A program made the position numbers and the translations under genes. Shown here piece by piece: positions 57,287-64,000 of a DNA stretch of 64,000 nucleotides. The notes under the pieces were generated by a model. It saw only the letters and a program-made list of their open reading frames with translations. It did no database searches and was not told where the DNA came from. This stretch comes from an uncultured Acidimicrobiales bacterium (GTDB lineage: Bacteria > Actinomycetota > Acidimicrobiia > Acidimicrobiales > CAWCAL01), in assembly GCA_963697385.1 (NCBI GenBank), contig CAVONU010000006.1:279934-343933 (forward strand). The letters are read 5' to 3'. How positions within the stretch are numbered: position 1 is the first letter of the stretch; each line of letters opens with the position of its first letter.

Positions 57287-58176
57287 GAGGCGCGAACCGA
57301 GTGCTTTTCGGCGGGGACGACGGGCGGCGCATCGCGCCAGTCGGCGATGCCGTCCTCGGTCGTGGCTGCGGGGAACTTGTCCTCGTGGACCTCGGCCCAG
57401 TGGGCGTGGTTCAGCTGGTGCAGCGAGAAGCACGCGTTGAGGGCGTTGGTGAAGCCCTGGTTGTCGACGGTCTGGTTCACCGACTCCTTGATCATGAGCG
57501 CCGTCATCGTCGGAAGGTCGGCGATGCGCTGGGCGAGCTCGGTGGTCCGCTCGGTGAGCTCGGCGGCGGGGAACACCTTCGAGACCATGCCCAGCCGATG
57601 AGCCTCGTCGATGTCGATGCTGTCGCCGGTCAGCAGCAGCTCCTTGGTCTTGCGGGGGCCGAACTCCCACGGATGGGCGAAGTACTCCAGGCCGCACATT
57701 CCCAATCGCGTGCCGACCACGTCGGCGAAGGTGACGTCGTCGGCACCGACGATGAGGTCGCAGCACCACATCAGCATCAGTCCGGCGCCGTAGACCTTCC
57801 CGTGGACCTGGGCGATGGTGATCTTGCGCAGGTTGCGCCATCGGCGGGTGTTCTCGAAGTAGTAGTGCCACTCCTGGAGCATGCGAGCCTCGGCGCCGCG
57901 GCGCGTGGCGCCGTTGATCTTCGAGGTCGGGTGGTTGGCGTACTCGTCCCGCGCCTGGGCCGATCCCATGTCGTGCCCGGAGGAGAACAGCTTGCCCTCG
58001 CCCCCGAGAACGACGACCCGGACGTCGTCGTCGGCCTCGGCGCGGAGGAAGGCGTGGTCCAGCTCGACGAGCATGCCGCGGTTCTGGGCGTTCCTGGCCT
58101 CGGGGCGGTCGAGCATGATCCGAGCGATCCGCCCGTCGTCGATCGTGTGATAGCTGATGAACTCGTAGTCGGACAC
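57283..58176 (-). CDS. Enoyl-CoA hydratase family (mycobacterial EchA13-like)
   Basis: RPEARNAQ, FSSGHDMG, AQVHG, EYFAHPWEFGPRK. Confidence 0.9.
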   Translation of the reverse strand: MSDYEFISYHTIDDGRIARIMLDRPEARNAQNRGMLVELDHAFLRAEADDDVRVVVLGGEGKLFSSGHDMGSAQARDEYANHPTSKINGATRRGAEARMLQEWHYYFENTRRWRNLRKITIAQVHGKVYGAGLMLMWCCDLIVGADDVTFADVVGTRLGMCGLEYFAHPWEFGPRKTKELLLTGDSIDIDEAHRLGMVSKVFPAAELTERTTELAQRIADLPTMTALMIKESVNQTVDNQGFTNALNACFSLHQLNHAHWAEVHEDKFPAATTEDGIADWRDAPPVVPAEKHSVRAS

Positions 58177-58235
58177 TGGTCCCCCCGGGGTCCTCGGATG
58201 GCTCGGTCGAGCGGCGCCTGCCGGGCTCCCGTACA

Positions 58236-58249
58236 TGACGCTGGTGTCA
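58236..58249. promoter_or_regulatory. Putative operator TGAC-GCTGGT-GTCA
   Basis: Perfect motif in the gap upstream of the hydratase-P450-ALDH-CoA-transferase unit. Confidence 0.72.
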
Positions 58250-58294
58250 GACTAGCGGGTGCCGGGGCCCGCTTCGTAGGGGGCGGGGATCGGG

Positions 58295-59353
58295 TCAGCG
58301 GTAGTCGGTGGACTCGGCCAGGTCGGCGGCCCGGCGCATCAGGTCGAGGACCACGTCGCCGAATGCGGCCAGCTTGGGGTCGTGGCCCGCTCGCTGGAAG
58401 CCCTGTTCGAGCACGATGGCCAGCTTCCAGCGAGCCAGCACCACGTAGTAGTCGATGTCGTCGACCTGGCGCCCGGATCGGGAGCGGTAGTGGTCCAGCA
58501 GTTCCTCCCGTCCGGGCATGCCGCGCAGGTCGACGTAGCTGCCGCTGGCCGGGGCGTCACCGTCCCGTCGCGGGTCGTCCGGCCAGCCCTGGAGCACCCA
58601 GCCGAGGTCGAGCTTCGGATCCCCGACGGTACCCATCTCCCAGTCGACGATCGCCGCCAGCCGGGCCGGCCCACCGTGGTGGAACATGACGTTGGCGAAC
58701 TGGTAGTCGCCGTGCATGATGCCGGGCACGTAGTCGATGGGGCGGTGGGAACGCAGCCACGCGGCGGCCTCGTCGAAGCCGGGCAGCTCGCGTCCCCTGA
58801 TGCGGTCGAGGAACCGGGTCCACCGGTCGACCTGGCGGTCGTGGAACCCGTCGGGGCGCCCGAAGCCGTCGAGACCTCGGGCCCGCCAGTCCACGTTCGA
58901 CAGTCGAGCGATGCCGTCGACCAGCTCCAGGGCCAAGACCCGCCGCTGATCGGGGTCGGACGCGAACGGTTCGGGCCACCCCGGCTCGCTGATGGGTGAC
59001 CATCCGTCGACGAATCCCATGAGGTAGAAGGCGCGGCCGAGGACCGACGGGTCGGCACACACGGCGATGGCCGGCGTGCAGGGCACCTCGGTGCCGTCGA
59101 GGGCCTCGATGATCCTCCACTCGCGCAGGATGCCGTCGTCGCGCGAGGCCGGCGCGGAAGGGGGAGGGATGCGCAGCGCCGCGTGGAGATCACCCCGCCG
59201 GATCTCGTAGATCTCGTTCTGGCTTCCCCCCGAGGTGTATGCGGCGGTGAGCGGCGCGCCGGCGCCGGGTACGTCGGTGGTGTCGAGCCAGCCGGCCAGT
59301 GCGGTGAGGTCGATGGTCGGGGCGACGTCGGTGGCTTCGGCCTCCCCGGTCAC
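58295..59353 (-). CDS. APH-like phosphotransferase (ACAD10/11 kinase-domain type)
   Basis: GGSQN, RE, FYLM, HGDYQFANVM, VDWEMGTVGDP. Confidence 0.9.
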   Translation of the reverse strand: MTGEAEATDVAPTIDLTALAGWLDTTDVPGAGAPLTAAYTSGGSQNEIYEIRRGDLHAALRIPPPSAPASRDDGILREWRIIEALDGTEVPCTPAIAVCADPSVLGRAFYLMGFVDGWSPISEPGWPEPFASDPDQRRVLALELVDGIARLSNVDWRARGLDGFGRPDGFHDRQVDRWTRFLDRIRGRELPGFDEAAAWLRSHRPIDYVPGIMHGDYQFANVMFHHGGPARLAAIVDWEMGTVGDPKLDLGWVLQGWPDDPRRDGDAPASGSYVDLRGMPGREELLDHYRSRSGRQVDDIDYYVVLARWKLAIVLEQGFQRAGHDPKLAAFGDVVLDLMRRAADLAESTDYR

Positions 59354-60651
59354 AGGTTCCCCACCACGTGCTCGAGATGGTCGGCGAACTTGGCCCGAGC
59401 CGCGGCGACCTTCTTGGGACGGTGCTCGGTGGGCCACAGGTCGTCGCTGGGCCGGTGATCGCGCAACACCTGCCGGGCCACCGTCACCTTGTGTACCTCG
59501 GTCGGTCCGTCGGCCAGGGCCAGGATCGGGCCGGTGAGCCACATCCTGGCCAGTGGCAGCTCGTTCGACACGCCGAGCGCGCCGTGCACCTGGATGCTGC
59601 GCTGCACCACGTCGGTGATGACTCCGGGCATCAGTACCTTCACTGCGGCGATGTCCTTGCGGACCTTGCGGTAGTCATGGTGAAGGTCGATGGCCCATGC
59701 GGTGTGGAGCACCAGCAGCCGGAACTGCGTGATCTGGGCGTACGAGTCGGCGATGTGGCCCTGGACGAACTGCTTGTCGGCCAGCAGGCTGCCCTGGGTC
59801 TCGCGGCTGAGGGCCCGCTCGCACATCATGTCGAACGCCCGGTTGCACATCCCGATCGTGCGCATGGCGTGGTGGATACGACCGCCACCGAGACGGGTCT
59901 GGGCGATGGCGAACGCCTGACCCTCGCCGCCGAGCAGCGCATCGGACGGAAGCCGGACCTGGTCGTAGTGGATGAGCGCGTGGCTTCCGTCGCCATCGGG
60001 TTCGGTGCCCAGCCCGACGTTGCGCACGATCCGGACGCCTGGCGTGTCGGTCGGCACCAGGAACATCGACATGCCCCGGTAGGCGCTCACGTCGGGGTCG
60101 GTGACCGCCATGACGATGAGGAACGAGGCGGTCCGCGCGTTGGACGAGAAGAACTTCCAGCCGTCGAGCACCCACTCGTCGCCGTCGCGGACGGCCATGG
60201 TGGTGAACGTCTTCGGATCGGAGCCACCCTGCGGTTCGGTCATCGAGTAGCAGGAGAACACGTCGCCGTTCAACAGTGGCTGGAGGTAGCGCTCCTTCTG
60301 TTCGTCGGTCCCGTAGTGGGCGATGATCTCGGCGTTGCCGGTGTCGGGGGCCTGGGTCCCGAACACGAGCGGCGCCCAACTGGACCGGCCGAGGATCTCG
60401 TTCATCAGCGAGAGCTTCAGTTGGCCGTATCCCTGGCCGCCCAGCTCGGGGCCCAGATGGCAGGCCCAGAGGCCGGCGTCGCGTACCTGCTGCTTCAGCG
60501 GCTCGACGATCGGCCGTAGGGTGTCGTCGAGCGGGGTGAACTCGAGTCCGGGGAACAGGGTGTCCAACGGCTCGACCTCATCGCGGACGAACGCGTCGAT
60601 CCAGTCGAGCTGGTCCTGGAAGTCCGGCTCGGTCGAAAAATCCCATGCCAT
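59350..60651 (-). CDS. Acyl-CoA dehydrogenase, ACAD10/11 type
   Basis: QAPDTGNAE, SMTEP, AQTRLGGGRIHHAMR, LADGPTEVH. Confidence 0.92.
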   Translation of the reverse strand: MAWDFSTEPDFQDQLDWIDAFVRDEVEPLDTLFPGLEFTPLDDTLRPIVEPLKQQVRDAGLWACHLGPELGGQGYGQLKLSLMNEILGRSSWAPLVFGTQAPDTGNAEIIAHYGTDEQKERYLQPLLNGDVFSCYSMTEPQGGSDPKTFTTMAVRDGDEWVLDGWKFFSSNARTASFLIVMAVTDPDVSAYRGMSMFLVPTDTPGVRIVRNVGLGTEPDGDGSHALIHYDQVRLPSDALLGGEGQAFAIAQTRLGGGRIHHAMRTIGMCNRAFDMMCERALSRETQGSLLADKQFVQGHIADSYAQITQFRLLVLHTAWAIDLHHDYRKVRKDIAAVKVLMPGVITDVVQRSIQVHGALGVSNELPLARMWLTGPILALADGPTEVHKVTVARQVLRDHRPSDDLWPTEHRPKKVAAARAKFADHLEHVVGNL

Positions 60652-60681
60652 CGCGGACGTCCCCCGCTCGGTCGCTGTAGC

Positions 60682-60695
60682 TGACGACGATGTTA
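60682..60695. promoter_or_regulatory. Putative operator TGAC-GACGAT-GTTA
   Basis: Motif variant in a divergent gap, upstream of TAGGTT. Confidence 0.7.
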
Positions 60696-60749
60696 GACAG
60701 GTGGTAGGTTCGCCGTCTTCGCAACGGCTCGGTCGACGGGAGATCCCAG

Positions 60750-61551
60750 GTGGACGATGTGCTCGGATACGACGGCAAGCACGCGCTCGTCACAGGTGCG
60801 GCATCCGGCATGGGGGCGGCCACTGCGGCGCTCCTCGTCCAGCTCGGCGCCCGCGTCACCGCACTGGACCTCGCGCCGGTCGAGCTGGACGGTGTGACAT
60901 CGATGGCGGTCGACCTGCTCGATCAAGCCTCGATCGACGCCGCGGCGGCCGGGGTCGACGGTCCCGTCGACGCGTTGTTCAGTGTTGCCGGACTGCCCGG
61001 TCCCCCGTTCTCCGACATCGACGTGCTCACGGTCAACTTCGTCGGGGCGCGGCACCTGATCGAGTCGCTGGTGCCGGCCATGCTCCCCGGCTCGGCGGTG
61101 GCGTGCGTGGCCTCGAATGCGGGTCTCGGATGGCAGAACGAGTACGAGTCCCTGCTGCCGCTGGTGACCAGCGTGGGATTCGATGCCGCGCTCGGCGTGG
61201 GTCGACGCGAATCCCGAACCGCTCGCCGCGAACATGGGGTACCTCTACTCGAAGAAGGCCACCAACGCCTGGGTCGCATGGCGGGCGCCGTCGATGCTGT
61301 CCGAGCAGGGCATCCGGTTGAACAACACGAATCCCGGTCCGACGGACACCGCCATGATGCCGGCGTTCGAGGCGTTCGCCGGCAAGGAGATGATCGACGC
61401 GTTCGTCGGTCCGTCCGGGCGCCGCTCCACGCCCGAGGAGCAGGCCTGGCCCCTGCTCTTCCTCAACAGCCCGCGATCCTCCTACGTCGCTGGTGAGGCC
61501 TTCCATGTCGACGCGGCGTTCCAGGCGGCCCAGTTCACCGACCAGCTCTGA
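60750..61551 (+). pseudogene. SDR (3-alpha-HSD/coniferyl alcohol dehydrogenase-like) split by a +1 frameshift near 61194
   Basis: VTGAASGMG in the first frame; YLYSK and NPGPTDT in the next frame; removing one G fuses them. Could be a sequencing error. Confidence 0.75.
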
Positions 61552-61578
61552 CCCCTCCGGGCTGTCGCCCGCTTCCGA

Positions 61579-62781
61579 TCAGGCCGCAGCCCGCTCCAGA
61601 ATGTGCACGCCGCAGGCCGAACCCAGCCCGATGACGTGTGCCAGACCCACCTTGGCCCCCTCGATCTGACGGGGACCCGCTTCACCTCGCAGGTGATGAC
61701 AGACCTCCCAGACGTTCGCGATGCCGGTGGCCGCGATGGGGTGCCCCTTGGACTGGAGGCCGCCCGACACGTTGACCGGTTTCGATCCGTCCCGCCAGGT
61801 GGCGCCCGATTCGAAGAAGTCGGCTGCGCCCCCCTCCTCGCACAGCATGAGGTTGTCGTAGTGGACGAGCTCGGCGGTGGCGAAGCAGTCGTGAAGCTCG
61901 ACGAGGTCGAGGTCCTCGGGCCCGACACCGGCCTGCTCGTACGCCTGACGGGCCGCGTCGCGGGTGAGGGTGTGCACATCCGGCAGGATCTGGCACGCCT
62001 CCTGCCAGGGGTCCGAGGTGAGGATCGAGGCCGAGACCTTCACCGCTCGGCGCTGCTGCTCCTTGGAGAGCGTCTTGAGCTTCGTATCGCCGACGACGAC
62101 CGCGGCGGCGGCTCCGTCGCAGTTGGCCGAGCACATCGGTCGGGTGTTGGGGTACGAGATCATGACGTCGTTCATGATCTGTTCCAGCGACATCGCCTTC
62201 GTGTAGGCCGCCAGCGGGTTCAGCGTCGAGTGCGAGTGGTTCTTCTCCGAGATGCGGGCGAAGAGCTCGAAGCTGGTGCCGCCGTAGCGGTGGCCGTACT
62301 CCATGCCGATCTGGGCGAAGACGCCCGGCATGGTGGCGGTGTTGATCCGCCCGTCGATCGGGGTGACCGCACCCTGGCGGCCGTGGGGTTTCCACGTGCC
62401 GTCGTCCTCCTTGCGCGAACCGCCGGCGAGCAGGCCGGCGCCGGCCAGCTTCTCGACTCCGATGGCCAGGCCCATGTCGCACTCACCGGCCTTGATCGCC
62501 ATGATCGCCGTGCGCAGCGCCGTGGCACCCGTGGCGCACGCGTTGGCCACGTTGTAGACCGGGATGCCCGTCTGGCCGACCTGTTTCTGGATCTGCTGGC
62601 CGATTCCTGCGCCGGCGTTCATCAGGCTGCCGGCGGCGATGATGCCGATGTCGGCCATGGTGACCCCGGCGTCGGCCAAGGCGCCCATGGTCGCCTCGGA
62701 GGCCAGGTCGATCGTGTCCAGGTCGGGGTGCTTCCCGAACTTGGTCATCGTGATTCCCAGGATCCACACGTCGTCGCTCAT
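61579..62781 (-). CDS. SCP2-type thiolase
   Basis: NACATG (Cys nucleophile), ELHDCF, GHPIAATG. Confidence 0.92.
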   Translation of the reverse strand: MSDDVWILGITMTKFGKHPDLDTIDLASEATMGALADAGVTMADIGIIAAGSLMNAGAGIGQQIQKQVGQTGIPVYNVANACATGATALRTAIMAIKAGECDMGLAIGVEKLAGAGLLAGGSRKEDDGTWKPHGRQGAVTPIDGRINTATMPGVFAQIGMEYGHRYGGTSFELFARISEKNHSHSTLNPLAAYTKAMSLEQIMNDVMISYPNTRPMCSANCDGAAAAVVVGDTKLKTLSKEQQRRAVKVSASILTSDPWQEACQILPDVHTLTRDAARQAYEQAGVGPEDLDLVELHDCFATAELVHYDNLMLCEEGGAADFFESGATWRDGSKPVNVSGGLQSKGHPIAATGIANVWEVCHHLRGEAGPRQIEGAKVGLAHVIGLGSACGVHILERAAA

Positions 62782-62807
62782 GGTGCTGTCTCCGTCCTCG
62801 TCGTGTC

Positions 62808-63203
62808 TCAGGCGATGGGTTCGTAGCCGAAGCCGATGGCGTCGGTGCCTTCGGTGTCCGGGCCCAGCGAATAGGTGGCCAGGCGGACCTTCATGCCCGT
62901 GCGGACCGCATCGGGGGTGGGGTCGACGTTGATGATGTTGGTGCTGACGCTGGTGCCGTCGCAGTCGACCACGCCCGCCACGTAGGGGACGTCGATCCCC
63001 GGCGCGGCGAAGGACACGATGGTGAACGTTCGCAGCTCGCCTTCGGTGGGGATGTCGACCTCGACGAAGTCGGTGGCGAAGCACGCAGCACAGGCGTTGC
63101 GCCGCTGGAAGTAGCGAGCGTGGCAGGCGGTGCATTCCTGCGCGACGAGATGGGGCTCGTCGCCCAGACGTAGATAGTCGACGAGCGGTATCTGATCGGT
63201 CAT
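62808..63203 (-). CDS. DUF35 (Zn-ribbon + OB-fold) protein
   Basis: CTACH...CAAC, GELRTFTIV, TGMKVRL. Confidence 0.9.
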   Translation of the reverse strand: MTDQIPLVDYLRLGDEPHLVAQECTACHARYFQRRNACAACFATDFVEVDIPTEGELRTFTIVSFAAPGIDVPYVAGVVDCDGTSVSTNIINVDPTPDAVRTGMKVRLATYSLGPDTEGTDAIGFGYEPIA

Positions 63204-63295
63204 GGTTCCCCGTTCTGCCCTTCCCCGTTCGAGCGTCGCTCCCGGCGGGGACGTTAGAGGAAAGACCGGGTGCGGGACAGACCGGACCGATCCGG

Positions 63296-64000
63296 TCAGA
63301 TCGCCCGGATCACGTCCTCGCCATAGCGGTGCAGCGTCTCGACGGCGTGCTCGACGGAGTCCCCCGGGACGCCGATGACGTTCCACGTCACCCCCAGCGA
63401 CGCCAGGTCGGCCAGGCCGGTCAGGTGCGCGTCGATCTCGAATCGGTCGGAACCCGGAGCGCCTCCCGCGGCGGTCACGAACGAGACGTCGATCTCGGCA
63501 CGATCACGACCGGCGACCTCCACCCGCTGCCAGAGGTCGTCGAGCATCCGGGCCAGGTCGACCACCGTCTCCAGCGCGGGCGTCTTCGTCGTGCGCGCCA
63601 GCGAGGCCGGGGAGGGGAACGGGTTCCATCCATCGGCCAGGTCCGCGACCCGTTGCCGGGACCGTTGGCTGTTGCCGCCGATCCAGATCGGCACGTGACC
63701 CGGTTTCGGGTTGGCGGTCTGCCCCCGGGCTCGGAACGTCACGCCTTCGTAGGCGAAGTCGTCCGTGGTCCAGATGCCGCGCAGGACCTCGATGGCCTCG
63801 TCGAACAGATCGTTGCGGCGGTCGTAGTCGATGCCGAGCGCCTGGTACTCCGCTCGCTGGTATCCCACCGCGGTGGCCAGGGTGAACCGACCGTCGGACA
63901 GGGCGTCGATGGTGGCGATGGCCTTGGCGACCAGGAAGGGGTTCCGGTACGGCAGCACCACGATGTTGGGGATCAGCCGCAGCCGATCCGTGACCGCGGC
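63296..64000 (-). CDS. LLM-class (probably F420-dependent) oxidoreductase, 5' end outside window
   Basis: VLPYRNPFLVAKAIATID, PIWIGGNS, ADGW. Confidence 0.88.
   Translation of the reverse strand, partial: AAVTDRLRLIPNIVVLPYRNPFLVAKAIATIDALSDGRFTLATAVGYQRAEYQALGIDYDRRNDLFDEAIEVLRGIWTTDDFAYEGVTFRARGQTANPKPGHVPIWIGGNSQRSRQRVADLADGWNPFPSPASLARTTKTPALETVVDLARMLDDLWQRVEVAGRDRAEIDVSFVTAAGGAPGSDRFEIDAHLTGLADLASLGVTWNVIGVPGDSVEHAVETLHRYGEDVIRAI

Noticed and set aside
58295-59353. Aminoglycoside resistance kinase
   Set aside because: Motifs and coupling to an ACAD10/11-type dehydrogenase point to a metabolic kinase
2607-60695. Reading the TGAC-N6-GTCA motif as KstR, KstR2 or CRP sites, or as mobile-element ends
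   Set aside because: Half-sites and spacing do not fit those consensus sequences; single promoter-linked copies with no transposase or target duplication
1026-62826. Many long antisense or alternative-frame ORFs (e.g. 1026..2609, 8256..10031, 20387..22849, 54310..56436)
   Set aside because: Shadow ORFs typical of high-GC DNA; Arg/Pro/Gly-rich, no family motifs, and they overlap well-supported genes
1-64000. Prophage, IS, integrase, defence system, tRNA or rRNA
   Set aside because: No such motifs recognised; the window is almost fully tiled by metabolic genes with no obvious compositional break

Overview
High-GC, gene-dense window from an actinobacterium; the gene repertoire and promoter style suggest Acidimicrobiia or a relative (inference). 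About 57 genes, nearly all catabolic or transport: 8 acyl-CoA dehydrogenase loci (heteromeric pairs, one fused double ACAD, one ACAD10/11-type, one broken), 5 acyl-CoA ligases, 3 cytochromes P450 with 1 ferredoxin, 4 amidohydrolase_2 proteins, 4 SDRs, 2 enoyl-CoA hydratases, 2 thiolase-fold/DUF35 pairs, a tandem M24 pair, an arylsulfatase, a sugar kinase/aldolase module, a divergent KARI, a LIV-type ABC importer and a double-TetR regulator. I saw no rRNA, tRNA, CRISPR array or transposase. The strongest signal outside the genes is a 14-bp palindrome, T(G/A)ACR-N4-YGT(C/T)A, at 10 of the 11 divergent promoter junctions plus internal promoters. It usually abuts -10 boxes, many of apparently leaderless genes, which suggests the window is one repressor-controlled regulon for an unknown substrate. 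A second repeat, GGAGTTCAGC-N28-GCTGAACTCC, occurs twice and brackets the sugar/sulfatase module. Start sites were chosen by eye from stop/start overlaps, RBS and -10 spacing. Product calls rest on recognised motifs, not database searches.
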